Shown: piece after piece, positions 17,653 to 28,613 of the stretch | How the letters are laid out: every line of letters begins with the position of its first letter | Position numbering within the stretch: position 1 is the first letter of the stretch | Origin: Caedibacter taeniospiralis | Lineage (GTDB): Bacteria; Pseudomonadota; Gammaproteobacteria; Francisellales; Francisellaceae | Assembly: GCF_002803295.2 (NCBI RefSeq) | Contig: NZ_PGGB02000001.1 | Coordinates: 74,290-106,289 of the forward strand | Reading direction: 5' to 3' | Length of the DNA: 32,000 nt | Notes under the pieces: model-generated | Seen by the model: only the letters and a program-made list of their open reading frames with translations | Told to the model about the DNA's origin: nothing | The model's database searches: none | Translations under genes and position numbers: made by a program

Positions 17653-17772
17653 CAGCTTAGTACCATACCCCATAAATAACACCAAAAGTACTCCTGTGTT
17701 TGCGATGGGTATATACATTCAACTTCTTATCTTTTACTATGACTGCTATTTGTTGTATCTATTTCAAAAATA

Positions 17773-18990
17773 ATGAAAAAAATCCTCTTGTGCGTTACTG
17801 GCAGTGTGGCAGCCTACAAGGCTCTGGAATTGACCAGGCTTTTAACCAAGGAAAATTATGAGGTGAAAGTCATATTAACCAAGGCAGCCCAAGAATTTGT
17901 GACGCGTTTAAGTTTTGAAGCGCTTTGTCAGCACAGAGTTTATGATGATTTATTCCGCTATACCGACAACCCGATTGAGCATATTGAACTCGCTCGCTGG
18001 GCGGATCAGATTGTGATAGCACCAGCTTCGGCAAACACCATTGGCAAACTTGCAGCTGGACTTGCAGGTGATTTACTCGGGAATGTCGTATTGGCAACCG
18101 ATAAACCTGTTTATATTGCGCCAGCCATGAATAAACTGATGTGGCAAAATAGCATTGTGCGGGAAAATTTAGCCAAACTTAAAGATAGAGGATGTGTGGT
18201 GCTTCCCCCAGACTCAGGCGAGCAAGCCTGTGGCGATGTTGGCGAAGGTCGCTTAATGGAGCCCGAAGCAATTGTAAAAAATATTTTCCATGCAATAGCA
18301 GAAATTGATAAAACAGTGCTTATAACTGCAGGACCAACGGTCGAGCGACTCGATCCTGTGCGCTATATTTCCAATCACAGCTCAGGGAAAATGGGTTATG
18401 CTTTAGCACAAAGTTTTGTACATTTGGGCTGGAGAGTGATCTTGATTTCTGGACCAACTCAGCTTCAGGCTCCCAAAGGAATAACCTTGATCAGGGTGAA
18501 AAGTGCCGATGATATGTATAAAGCGGTGCACCAATATATTGTGGATGCCGATATATTTATTGCCGCAGCGGCGGTGGCTGATTATCGCCCTGAAACTTAT
18601 GTTGAGAAGAAGATTAAGAAAAAAGAGGGCGAGGAGCTTCTATCGATCAAGCTTGTCAGGAATGAAGATATTTTAAAGAGCGTATCATCGTTAACGCATC
18701 ATCGTCCGTTGTGTGTTGGATTTGCCGCTGAAACCCACAATGCCAAGGAGAATGCGCTGAGTAAAATCAGTAGTAAAGCCCTTGACTTTTTGGTGCTCAA
18801 TCAAATCGATAATGAAACTGGTTTTCCCTTTTATAGTGAGCAAAATCAGGTACAGGTCTATGATCACCTGCATCAGCTTGTATTGGATTTGGCGCGGATG
18901 TCAAAAAAAGAAATCGCTCAAGAGATTGCAAAACTATTGAATAGGCAAATACTGAAAAAAGAAATTCAGACGGAATTAAGCTATGAATAG
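17773..18990 (+). CDS. coaBC: Bifunctional phosphopantothenoylcysteine decarboxylase / phosphopantothenate-cysteine ligase
   Basis: 405 aa. The flavoprotein N-terminus is MKKILLCVTGSVAAYKALEL, followed by a CoaB domain (ITAGPT...ISNHSSGKMG). Confidence 0.93.
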   Translation: MKKILLCVTGSVAAYKALELTRLLTKENYEVKVILTKAAQEFVTRLSFEALCQHRVYDDLFRYTDNPIEHIELARWADQIVIAPASANTIGKLAAGLAGDLLGNVVLATDKPVYIAPAMNKLMWQNSIVRENLAKLKDRGCVVLPPDSGEQACGDVGEGRLMEPEAIVKNIFHAIAEIDKTVLITAGPTVERLDPVRYISNHSSGKMGYALAQSFVHLGWRVILISGPTQLQAPKGITLIRVKSADDMYKAVHQYIVDADIFIAAAAVADYRPETYVEKKIKKKEGEELLSIKLVRNEDILKSVSSLTHHRPLCVGFAAETHNAKENALSKISSKALDFLVLNQIDNETGFPFYSEQNQVQVYDHLHQLVLDLARMSKKEIAQEIAKLLNRQILKKEIQTELSYE

Positions 18991-20941
18991 ACGGATAAAA
19001 ATATTACCGACAGAGCTCGCCAATCAAATCGCTGCAGGTGAGGTGGTGGAGCGACCGTCGTCAATTGTCAAAGAGTTATTTGAAAATGCGCTTGATGCAG
19101 GAGCCACTGAAATCACTCTTGAACTTGAGCATGGAGGCAAAGAAAAGATTTTAATTCGCGACAATGGGATGGGCATAGCCAAAGAGGATCTGCCATTAAC
19201 CCTTATGCCACATGCAACAAGTAAAATTTATTGCCTGGATGAATTAGAAGCGATTGCAAGTATGGGCTTTAGGGGAGAGGCGCTTGCCAGTATTGGCTCA
19301 ATTGCTAAAGTAAAAATTACCTCAAAAACGCAAAGCGACTCGCATGCCTGGTGCTTGGACAACCAATTGGGCGATGATTTAATTCCTGCCTCTCATCCTG
19401 TTGGCACCACGATTGAAGTGTCAGAGGTTTTTTATAATACGCCAGCACGGCGTAAATTTTTAAAAGCTGAGCGCACCGAGTATGTGCACATTGATGAGTT
19501 ACTGAAGAAATTCATGCTGTGTCATTTTCATATGGCTCTCACCATTTTGCATAATGGCAAAGAGGTGAAGTCCTATCCAATTGCGGATACGCCGCAAAAG
19601 CAGCAGCAACGGATTGCCGAGATTTGTGGCGAGGAGTTTATTGAAAATGCGCTGATGATCCAAGAAGAGTCTATGGGTCTACAATTGCATGGTTGGGTGG
19701 CGAAACCACAGTTTTCAAAGTCGCGTGCGGAGTTGCAGTATTTCTATGTCAATGGTCGGATCATCAAAGATAAACTCGTTGCGCACGCAATAAAGCAGGC
19801 CTATAAAGATGTACTACATCACCAGCTTTATCCAGCGTTTATTTTGTTTTTTAGTATAGAGCCCTCGGCTGTGGATGTGAATGTTCATCCAACAAAGCAT
19901 GAAGTACGTTTTCGCGAGTCGCGTTTGGTACACGATTTTTTATTTGCCAAAATTCATCACGCATTGGCGCAAACTACGCCGAAAAATGTTGAAGAAAGCG
20001 GATTGGCAGATGACTCCAAGGACGTTTCAACACTTTATGAGCAAGCTTCTAAGGAGAAAAAGGAATTGACACCAGCTTTTCAAACAGCTGGTTTTACGAT
20101 AAAACCGCAGCAAAATCATACAAAGAGCATGTCGTTGTATGAGCAGCTTATCGCTAAATCCAATGGCGATACAGGGAAAAACCAGGTCTTTACAGCCACC
20201 ACAGGCTTATCAGGTGCTTTAAAAGAGGTAGATCAATGGCAAACGGCGACTCAGCTGGCTATGCCATTAGAAATTGACCCAGCAGATCAGCTGACTAGAG
20301 ATGGCGAAAGTGCGGCTAAAGTACTTAATGAAGCACAACCCGTGACAGAGGTAAAAACTTACCCTTTAGGCTTCGCCATTGCACAGGTTCATGGAATTTT
20401 TATTCTCGCACAAACCGAAGATGGGTTGATTGTGGTTGACATGCACGCCGCTCATGAGCGCGTGTTGTATGAGAAAGTTAAACGGTTGTGGGCAAACAAA
20501 ACCCCTTTCTCGCAAACGCTATTGTTGCCATTGACATTTGAATTAAGCCCACTGCTATTGGATGTGTTACTAGAGCATGAAGTGCTGTTGAATCAATTAG
20601 GGTTTGATTATTCAGCCTTGGGGGAAAAGACCTTGGTTGTGCGTGAAATCCCAGTGTATTTGAAGAATAATGATATTCAGACCCTGCTTTTAGACATTGC
20701 AAAAAGCCTTGAGCTAGGCGGCAAAACCAAACCGATGGAAGATTACTTGCATCAAATCCTTGCGACGATGTCTTGTCATAAAGCAGTGCGCGCCCATGAT
20801 CAAATCACGCTTCAAGAGATGAATCAGCTATTGCGTGACATGGAAGGGACGGAACGCGCAGACCAATGTAACCATGGCAGACCCACATGGGTCAAGCTGA
20901 CGATAGTGGACTTGGATAAGCTCTTTATGCGTGGAAAGTAG
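18983..20941 (+). CDS. mutL: DNA mismatch repair protein MutL
   Basis: 652 aa. IAAGEVVERPSSIVKELFENALDAGA and a C-terminal dimerisation domain. Overlaps the coaBC stop by 8 nt. Confidence 0.95.
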   Translation: MNRRIKILPTELANQIAAGEVVERPSSIVKELFENALDAGATEITLELEHGGKEKILIRDNGMGIAKEDLPLTLMPHATSKIYCLDELEAIASMGFRGEALASIGSIAKVKITSKTQSDSHAWCLDNQLGDDLIPASHPVGTTIEVSEVFYNTPARRKFLKAERTEYVHIDELLKKFMLCHFHMALTILHNGKEVKSYPIADTPQKQQQRIAEICGEEFIENALMIQEESMGLQLHGWVAKPQFSKSRAELQYFYVNGRIIKDKLVAHAIKQAYKDVLHHQLYPAFILFFSIEPSAVDVNVHPTKHEVRFRESRLVHDFLFAKIHHALAQTTPKNVEESGLADDSKDVSTLYEQASKEKKELTPAFQTAGFTIKPQQNHTKSMSLYEQLIAKSNGDTGKNQVFTATTGLSGALKEVDQWQTATQLAMPLEIDPADQLTRDGESAAKVLNEAQPVTEVKTYPLGFAIAQVHGIFILAQTEDGLIVVDMHAAHERVLYEKVKRLWANKTPFSQTLLLPLTFELSPLLLDVLLEHEVLLNQLGFDYSALGEKTLVVREIPVYLKNNDIQTLLLDIAKSLELGGKTKPMEDYLHQILATMSCHKAVRAHDQITLQEMNQLLRDMEGTERADQCNHGRPTWVKLTIVDLDKLFMRGK

Positions 20942-20993
20942 GGGCGAAAAATCTTTCACCCCTTAGTGTGCCATTAGGTTATACAATACGCCC

Positions 20994-21896
20994 CTAAACA
21001 TAGGTCAGAGCATCTGATGCAACGATACCTTGAGTAATTTCGGCAAAACATTTTTTGATATGTTTCGTTACTTCACCCGTTTCACCATGCCCTGCGATCT
21101 TTTGATCATCAACACTGCGGATTGGGGTGATCTCAGCCGCAGTACCACTGAAAAATGCCTCGTCTGCCTGGAGAATATCTGCAACTTTAAAGTAGATTTC
21201 ATGGACTTTATAGCCTTGCTCTTTAGCAATCTGAATGACTACTCTACGCGTGATGCCATCCAAAATAGTGCCCAGCGGGGTGGTGAAAATTTCATTAGCT
21301 TTAACATAGAAAATATTTTGTGCCGCACCCTCAGCGACATTACCATCAGCATCTAGCAGTAATGCCTCATGGTAATGCGTACCACGAATTTGCATACTAG
21401 CCAGCATACTATTGACATAATGTCCTGAGATCTTTGCATCACATACGGTCGATTTTGGATGAATTCGAATATATTGACTGACCATCACATCAACGCTTTC
21501 AGCCCCCAAATAACGTCCCATTGGCAAACACCAGATAATAACCTCAATCGGGTGTTCTGGTTTGGGTAACACCCCAACGCTTTCGGTGTTACCATAAAAA
21601 GCCAATGGTCTTATATAGCAAGAATCAAGCCCGCTTTTTTTAACAGTATCAATCACCGCTTGACACATCTCATCAACCGTATATGGAGGTTTCATCCCCA
21701 ATGCTTTCATTGAGTAGTCAAAGCGCTGCATATGCTCTTTAAGCTTAAAAATGGCAGTGCCCTTAGACGTTTTATAGGCGCGAATCCCCTCAAAAACAGC
21801 TGAACCATAATGTAGCGCATGCGTCATGACACTGATTACCGCTTTTTCTTTTTCAAAAAATTGACCATTCTGCCAAATATATGTCTGTTCGCTCAC
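20994..21896 (-). CDS. ilvE: Branched-chain amino acid aminotransferase (class IV)
   Basis: 300 aa. HALHYGSAVFEGIRAY and YIRPLAFYG match the E. coli IlvE pattern. GTG start with a ggagga SD. Confidence 0.9.
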   Translation of the reverse strand: MSEQTYIWQNGQFFEKEKAVISVMTHALHYGSAVFEGIRAYKTSKGTAIFKLKEHMQRFDYSMKALGMKPPYTVDEMCQAVIDTVKKSGLDSCYIRPLAFYGNTESVGVLPKPEHPIEVIIWCLPMGRYLGAESVDVMVSQYIRIHPKSTVCDAKISGHYVNSMLASMQIRGTHYHEALLLDADGNVAEGAAQNIFYVKANEIFTTPLGTILDGITRRVVIQIAKEQGYKVHEIYFKVADILQADEAFFSGTAAEITPIRSVDDQKIAGHGETGEVTKHIKKCFAEITQGIVASDALTYV

Positions 21897-21989
21897 TTGC
21901 GTTTATCCTCCAAAAAAATGCTACAAAACTCACTAAATGTGATCACTAAAACTTGATTGTAAATTACCAAAGAAAAAACAAATTGCCGC

Positions 21990-22070
21990 CTACCAGCGAG
22001 GCAGTCGCAGAGACAGAGTAAGAGGGGAAAGCGCCAAAGGCAACGAGTGCTTTTTTGCTGTTTTCGACAT
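21990..22070 (-). CDS. Candidate 26-codon mini-ORF (MSKTAKKHSLPLALSPLTLSLRLPRW) upstream of ilvE. Possible leader peptide.
   Basis: A perfect AGGAGG (22082-22077) lies 6 nt upstream of the ATG. Seven Leu codons fall between codons 10 and 23. The stop sits in the loop of a weak hairpin followed by a T-rich run. No homology evidence. Confidence 0.3.
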   Translation of the reverse strand: MSKTAKKHSLPLALSPLTLSLRLPRW

Positions 22071-22265
22071 CACAAGCCTCCTGCGCTTTTTAATGACAAC
22101 CGAAACAAGCTACCATCATCGCCAGCGAAGCGCAACCGTAAGATAAATGTTTTTACTTTTTAATGTCTTGAGAAAGATGGTTATTTACGTTTCGGCATTG
22201 ACCGTATTGCTGCCCGCAAAGGCGCATTTAATACGCCCCTACGTTTATTCATAAAAATTTCAGGC

Positions 22266-22293
22266 ATAAAAAAAGCGACTCAAGGTCGCTTTT
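22266..22293 (-). terminator. Rho-independent terminator downstream of rpsJ
   Basis: On the minus strand a 7-bp stem aagcgac/gtcgctt (22291-22285 / 22279-22273) has a 5-nt loop and is followed by a T7 run. A second hairpin (22303-22309/22316-22322) lies just upstream of it. Confidence 0.8.
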
Positions 22294-22333
22294 CGCAAGA
22301 AGGCATTGTATTGCAACAATGCTCAATTTAGTC

Positions 22334-22657
22334 TCAGTTTAAGCTGATCTGTACATCAACCCCCGCAGCCAGATCAAGTTTCATTAGGGCATCTACTGTT
22401 TTTTCAGTTGGCTCAACGATATCGATCAAACGCTTGTGAGTTCTGATTTCATACTGGTCACGAGCATCCTTATTAACGTGTGGAGAAATCAGTATCGTGA
22501 AACGCTCTTTACGTACGGGAAGAGGGATAGGACCTCTTACCTGCGCGCCTGTTCTTTTTGCTGTTTCAACAATCTCTTTAGTTGATAGATCAATTAATTT
22601 ATGGTCAAACGCTTTCAAGCGAATGCGAATGCGCTGGTTACTTATATTTGTTGCCAT
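22334..22657 (-). CDS. rpsJ: 30S ribosomal protein S10
   Basis: 107 aa. [16 protein letters not shown]...RGPIPLP. Confidence 0.97.
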   Translation of the reverse strand: MATNISNQRIRIRLKAFDHKLIDLSTKEIVETAKRTGAQVRGPIPLPVRKERFTILISPHVNKDARDQYEIRTHKRLIDIVEPTEKTVDALMKLDLAAGVDVQISLN

Positions 22658-22675
22658 TTTATTTCAACCTTCTAG

Positions 22676-24772
22676 TTATGAGTTACGCTTTTTAATGATG
22701 TCTTCTGCAATATTATTTGGCACTTCTGCATACTTTTCAAACTCCATAGAGAATGACGCACGCCCTTGAGAGATTGAGCGTACATTCGTTGCATAACCAA
22801 ACATCTCCGCCAATGGCACCAAAGCATTGACCACCTTACCACTTGGATTTTCATCCATGCCAGAGATCATGCCGCGACGACGGTTTAAGTCACCAATCAC
22901 ATCACCCATATACTCTTCAGGCATAACCACTTCAACTTTCATCAAAGGCTCCAGAATCACAGGCGACGCTTTTTGTGCACCCGCTTTGACAGCCATTGAA
23001 CCCGCGATTTTAAATGCCATCTCAGATGAGTCCACATCGTGATATGAACCATCATAAAGCGTTGCTTTCACATCAATCATAGGATATCCCGCAATGACGC
23101 CGTTCTTCAATTGCTCTTCAATCCCCTTACCGACGGCACCGATATATTCTCTAGGCACTGTACCACCAACGATCTGGTCGACAAACTCAAAGCCTTTACC
23201 CATTTCTTGCGGTTCCAACTTGATCCATACATGACCGTATTGACCACGACCACCAGACTGGCGAACAAACTTACCTTCCGCCTCAACTTTTTGCTTAATT
23301 GTTTCGCGGTAAGCTACTTGTGGGTTACCTACATTCGCTTCTACTTTGAACTCACGCCTCATACGATCAACAATAATCTCCAGGTGAAGTTCACCCATTC
23401 CAGAGATAATCGTTTGACCTGATTCCTCGTCCGTATGTACGCGGAAAGATGGATCTTCTGCTGCTAGACGACCCAATGCTAAAGACATTTTTTCCTGGTC
23501 TGCTTTTGATTTTGGCTCAACCGCCACTGAAATTACTGGCTCTGGGAAGTCCATACGCTCCAGTGTGATAATTTTATTCTCATCACACAACGTATCCCCT
23601 GTTGTCACCTGTTTCAATCCAATACATGCCGCAATATCACCCGCACGGACTTCTTTGATTTCATCGCGCTTATTGGCGTGCATTTGAACGATACGACCGA
23701 TACGCTCTTTCTTACCTTTTACTGGGTTATAAACAGAGTCACCTGATTGCAGTACACCCGAGTAAACACGGATAAACGTCAGGTTACCAATAAATGGATC
23801 TGCTGCTAATTTAAATGCAAGCGCTGCAAATGGCTCATCATCGGAAGATTTACGTGATGCTTCTGTACCATCTTCTAACTCGCCACGAATCGCAGGGACT
23901 TCATTTGGCGCAGGAAGATAACGCACCACACCATCAAGAACTGCCTGAACGCCTTTATTTTTAAACGCTGAACCACAGAATGCCAATACGATTTCGTTAT
24001 TAATCACACGCTGACGTAATCCCGCATGAATCTCATCATCGGTTAGCTCTTCACCTTCAAGGTATTTATTCATCAATACTTCATTAGCCTCAGCAGCTGC
24101 TTCAACAACCCCCTGGCGAAGCTCTGCAGCGTGCTTATGAAGCCCAGCTGGAATTTCTTCTAATGTATAGGTTAAGCCTTTATCTTCCTCGTTCCACATG
24201 ATTGCTTTCATGCGCACAAGGTCAATAACTCCTTTGAATTCTTCTTCAGCGCCAATATTTAGCTGCATAGGCACAACAGTCGCTTTCAAGCGCGTTCTGA
24301 TTTGACCCAACACGCGCTCAAAGTTGGCTCCCGCTCTATCCATTTTGTTCACAAATACGATGCGCGGAACGCCATATTTATTTGCCTGGCGCCACACCGT
24401 TTCTGATTGTGGCTCAACACCAGAAGAACCACAGAAAACAACAACTGCACCATCTAATACGCGCAAAGAACGCTCTACTTCGATCGTGAAGTCCACGTGT
24501 CCTGGGGTGTCGATAATGTTAATGCGATGCTTGTCAAACTGTTTATCCATACCTTGCCAGAAAACAGTGGTCGCAGCAGAGGTAATCGTGATTCCACGCT
24601 CCTGTTCCTGCTCCATCCAGTCCATTGTTGCGGTACCATCATGCACCTCACCAATTTTGTGAGAAACACCTGTATAAAACAACACCCGCTCGGTGGTGGT
24701 TGTTTTTCCCGCATCAACGTGGGCACAGATGCCAATATTCCTGTATTTACTAAGTTCTGTCGCTCGTGACAT
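22676..24772 (-). CDS. fusA: Elongation factor G
   Basis: 698 aa. [15 protein letters not shown] and DTPGHVDF, with full-length EF-G architecture. Confidence 0.98.
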   Translation of the reverse strand: MSRATELSKYRNIGICAHVDAGKTTTTERVLFYTGVSHKIGEVHDGTATMDWMEQEQERGITITSAATTVFWQGMDKQFDKHRINIIDTPGHVDFTIEVERSLRVLDGAVVVFCGSSGVEPQSETVWRQANKYGVPRIVFVNKMDRAGANFERVLGQIRTRLKATVVPMQLNIGAEEEFKGVIDLVRMKAIMWNEEDKGLTYTLEEIPAGLHKHAAELRQGVVEAAAEANEVLMNKYLEGEELTDDEIHAGLRQRVINNEIVLAFCGSAFKNKGVQAVLDGVVRYLPAPNEVPAIRGELEDGTEASRKSSDDEPFAALAFKLAADPFIGNLTFIRVYSGVLQSGDSVYNPVKGKKERIGRIVQMHANKRDEIKEVRAGDIAACIGLKQVTTGDTLCDENKIITLERMDFPEPVISVAVEPKSKADQEKMSLALGRLAAEDPSFRVHTDEESGQTIISGMGELHLEIIVDRMRREFKVEANVGNPQVAYRETIKQKVEAEGKFVRQSGGRGQYGHVWIKLEPQEMGKGFEFVDQIVGGTVPREYIGAVGKGIEEQLKNGVIAGYPMIDVKATLYDGSYHDVDSSEMAFKIAGSMAVKAGAQKASPVILEPLMKVEVVMPEEYMGDVIGDLNRRRGMISGMDENPSGKVVNALVPLAEMFGYATNVRSISQGRASFSMEFEKYAEVPNNIAEDIIKKRNS

Positions 24773-24787
24773 GAGTTTTCTCCAATC

Positions 24788-25665
<878 letters not shown>

Positions 25666-25722
25666 TATTTACTCCGTAGTTTTTTAAACATCTGATCTTT
25701 GCTAAATATAAAAAGACGCGGC

Positions 25723-25752
25723 ATTATATACAAAAGGCATGCCAATTTGCAA
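25723..25752 (-). promoter_or_regulatory. Sigma70-type promoter for the rpsL operon
   Basis: On the minus strand, TTGCAA (25752-25747), an 18-nt spacer and TATAAT (25728-25723), about 58 nt upstream of the rpsL ATG. Confidence 0.65.
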
Positions 25753-25880
25753 GAAGTGGATTTGGGTTTATTCTGATTTAACAGAGTTTCTTGCAAAATT
25801 ATCTAAATTTTAATCAATTCAAACTGGAACCAATGTAATAATATTGAGGTGATGATACGAATGTTGATGCGAGTAAATTC

Positions 25881-26159
25881 ATGGATGACTTGTTAGGTGG
25901 TGAGCTGACTATTGGTGAGGCGATTTATACCATAAGGGTAACAGAATATGCTGATTTAAAACAATCTGAGTTTGCGGACAAAATCGGAGTTTCAAAAAGC
26001 TACTTATGTGACTTAGAACACAACAGAAAGAGCATAAGCATTGCAAAGGCTATTGATGTAGCCAATAAACTAGGACAAAGCAAAAGGTTTTTTGTAACTT
26101 TAGCAGTGCAAGACTCGTTAAGAAGGAATAGCTTAAAGTATAAGGTTAATCTGGCTTAG
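25881..26159 (+). CDS. XRE-family helix-turn-helix protein (antitoxin-like) with no adjacent partner gene
   Basis: 92 aa. The HTH is QSEFADKIGVSKSYLCDLEHNRKSISIAKAIDVANKLG. No clear SD. Confidence 0.75.
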   Translation: MDDLLGGELTIGEAIYTIRVTEYADLKQSEFADKIGVSKSYLCDLEHNRKSISIAKAIDVANKLGQSKRFFVTLAVQDSLRRNSLKYKVNLA

Positions 26160-26255
26160 TGGGGCTGCTGAATAGTTATCACTAAGCTGTTGATTAAAAT
26201 CCGATTTTTCGATTTTTAAAGAATCAAATCCCCCTTTGCTCTTTCAATATCAGGC

Positions 26256-26594
26256 TTAAAAAGCCGCTTTCACCCACTGAATTTCACCCCCAGTAATACC
26301 AATAACATCAAAGCGGCATTCAGCATTCTGATATCGTGTATAACGCTGAAGGAAAATCTCCGCAGTTTTGCGAATCTTTATTTGTTTGGTTTTGCTCACC
26401 ATGTCAAGTGCTGTGCCAAACTCAGCACTTCTTCTTGCCTTCACCTCAACAAATAGCACTATACCATCAAGGACGCCAATGAGATCAATCTCACCCAGGG
26501 GGGTTGAAAAATTCTGACAAATGAGGCTAAAGCCATTTTGCTGTAAAAACTGACATGCCTGCTCTTCTGCATTTTGCCCTATTTGGCGACTCAT
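26256..26594 (-). CDS. yraN: YraN-family (UPF0102) endonuclease-like protein
   Basis: 112 aa. GEIDLIG...VFVEVKAR...RFDVI motif pattern. Its start abuts the prlC stop. Confidence 0.85.
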   Translation of the reverse strand: MSRQIGQNAEEQACQFLQQNGFSLICQNFSTPLGEIDLIGVLDGIVLFVEVKARRSAEFGTALDMVSKTKQIKIRKTAEIFLQRYTRYQNAECRFDVIGITGGEIQWVKAAF

Positions 26595-28613
26595 CTACAT
26601 AATTCCATTGTGGCGCAATAGTGCATCGATTGTTGGTTTTTGCCCTCTAAAGGATTCAAATAATTTAGCCGCAGGCTCGGAGCCTCCCTTTTCCAGAACT
26701 TCACGCATAAACTTCAGCCCTATTGATCTGTTCAACACCGAGCTTTGAGATTCAAACACCGAAAAAGCATCACTTGACAACACTTCTGCCCACTTGTAAC
26801 TGTAGTACCCTGCGGAATACCCCCCTGCAAAAATATGTGAAAAGCTATTTTCAAAACGATTATATACAGGGGGATTTATCAATGCCGTGGAATTTCTCAC
26901 CTCTTCTAGTACTTGGTGAATATCCAAATGCTCAACCTCTGCCTGATGCAGTTTCATATCAAATAATGCAAACTCCAATTGCCGCAACATTGCAAGCCCT
27001 GATTGATATCGTCTTGATTGAATCAGTTTTTCAAACAAGGATCTCGGCAAAGACGCTCCCGTTTCAATGTGACAAGACAATAAACCCAAGCCCTCCTCAC
27101 ACCAGCAAAAGTTTTCCATAAACTGACTTGGTAACTCCACGGCATCCCATTCCACACCATTGATTCCGGATACAGGAAGATGTTCTACTTGCGTCAAAAT
27201 ATGGTGTAGCGCATGACCGAACTCATGAAATAACGTCAATACATCATTATGTGTTAATAGTGCCCCTTTATCCGCTTTTGGCGGCATAAAGTTGCAGGTT
27301 ACATAAGCAACTGGAATCTGTATGCTTTGATCCAGACGCCTGTACCGCGTGCGACATTCATCCATCCAGGCACCATCACGCTTATGCTCTCTGGCAAATA
27401 AATCAACGATGATCGCTCCTCTTAAAGCATGACTTTCATCATAAAATTCATATAAAGCTGTCTCAGCCTGGTAACGATCCCAGCTCGCCACCTCACTTGC
27501 CCTAATTCCATAAAGTGATTCAATGACTTTTAGCAAACCGTGGGTAACATGAGCTAGCGGGAAATAAGGGCGCAACTCTTCAGCCGTAAAGCTATATTTA
27601 GCCTTCTTCATTTTTTCACTATAGTAGCTAACATCCCAGGACTTAAGCTCTTTGCCATACCCTTCACTCTCAACAAATGCTTGAAGTTCCCTAAGTTCTT
27701 TTTGCGCTTGCGGCTTTGCTTTCTCACACAGATCCTTTAAAAAATGTATGACCTCATCCACTGAACTCGCCATTTTGCTTGCCAAAGAGACTTCAGCATA
27801 GTTTCTGAATCCTAAAAGCTCAGCCTCTTTTGCCCTTAACTGCATAATTTCCTGCATGATTGGTGCATTATCGAAACGTTTATTTTCTGCCTGATCTGAT
27901 GCACGTGTCACATACGCATGATAAAAGGCTTCACGCAATTGACGATTGTCAGCTTGCTGCATGACCGAAATATACGTTGGCGCATCAAGTCCCAGACAAA
28001 ACCCATCCTTCCCTTGCGCCTTGGCTTTTTCTCTAGCCTGTGCTTTAGTGTTGACCGACAACCCATTAAGCTCTTTTTCATCTTCGGTCCAGTAATGCCA
28101 AGCCATCGTTGCATCAAGCACGTTGTTCTCAAAATCACTTTGGATTTTCGCAAGCCTTGTGGCAACCTCCTCAAATTGACTGCGCTTATCGTCATCAAGA
28201 TCAACGCCAGAGAGCTTAAAAGCACGAATGGCATCTCCAATGGCCTTAATCTGTGCTAAATCCAGCGTTTTATCTTCCTTTAAGATGCGCTGATATGCTT
28301 CCAGCATGCGCCTATCTTGTGCGGTTTGAGTTGAATATTCTGAAATTTTCTCTACACACGCTTGAAAAACCTCGCGCAATTTGGGGGTGTTTTTGACTGC
28401 ATTTAAATGCGCCAAAGGACCAAACGTCTTAGAAAGCCTGTCTTCTTCTTCCTCCATCGGATAAATGAAGTTATTCCAGGTTAATGCTTTTTGTTGCAGT
28501 AAATTTTCTTTTAATTCTCTACAGCGCCGTATACAAGTCTCTACCTCAGCTTGTGCCTGATTAATATCCAGTGTAGAGAAAACAGGCAGGTCTAAATTAA
28601 TAACATTTCTCAT
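26595..28613 (-). CDS. prlC: Oligopeptidase A (M3 family zinc metallopeptidase)
   Basis: HEFGHALHH zinc motif and M3 architecture. ATG 28613 has an aaggaa SD. The ORF track start is 28646. Confidence 0.92.
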   Translation of the reverse strand: MRNVINLDLPVFSTLDINQAQAEVETCIRRCRELKENLLQQKALTWNNFIYPMEEEEDRLSKTFGPLAHLNAVKNTPKLREVFQACVEKISEYSTQTAQDRRMLEAYQRILKEDKTLDLAQIKAIGDAIRAFKLSGVDLDDDKRSQFEEVATRLAKIQSDFENNVLDATMAWHYWTEDEKELNGLSVNTKAQAREKAKAQGKDGFCLGLDAPTYISVMQQADNRQLREAFYHAYVTRASDQAENKRFDNAPIMQEIMQLRAKEAELLGFRNYAEVSLASKMASSVDEVIHFLKDLCEKAKPQAQKELRELQAFVESEGYGKELKSWDVSYYSEKMKKAKYSFTAEELRPYFPLAHVTHGLLKVIESLYGIRASEVASWDRYQAETALYEFYDESHALRGAIIVDLFAREHKRDGAWMDECRTRYRRLDQSIQIPVAYVTCNFMPPKADKGALLTHNDVLTLFHEFGHALHHILTQVEHLPVSGINGVEWDAVELPSQFMENFCWCEEGLGLLSCHIETGASLPRSLFEKLIQSRRYQSGLAMLRQLEFALFDMKLHQAEVEHLDIHQVLEEVRNSTALINPPVYNRFENSFSHIFAGGYSAGYYSYKWAEVLSSDAFSVFESQSSVLNRSIGLKFMREVLEKGGSEPAAKLFESFRGQKPTIDALLRHNGIM

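Noticed and set aside
21980-21990. An 11-nt match (ggcggcaattt, minus strand) to the first 11 nt of element copy A
   Set aside because: Similarity stops after 11 nt, which is compatible with chance.
20985-22241. A 12-nt direct repeat aatacgccccta at 20985-20996 and 22230-22241 flanking ilvE and its upstream spacer, a possible target duplication of a relocated segment
   Set aside because: On the order of tens of 12-mer coincidences are expected by chance among all position pairs in 32 kb. No further similarity extends from either copy.
22147-22254. A 35-codon hydrophobic + strand ORF (MFLLFNVLRKMVIYVSALTVLLPAK...) in the rpsJ-ilvE spacer, considered as a type I toxin-like peptide
   Set aside because: It has no SD, no recognisable antisense partner or terminator, and an AT-rich context that easily yields such ORFs.
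25739-25813. A 24-codon ORF upstream of the XRE gene, considered as a remnant toxin
   Set aside because: It overlaps the strong rpsL promoter on the other strand and has no SD and no toxin-like motifs.
26723-28259. ORFs 26723..27121(+), 27908..28240(-) and 27918..28259(+) inside prlC
   Set aside because: They are shadow or alternative-frame ORFs of the oligopeptidase A gene with no independent signals.
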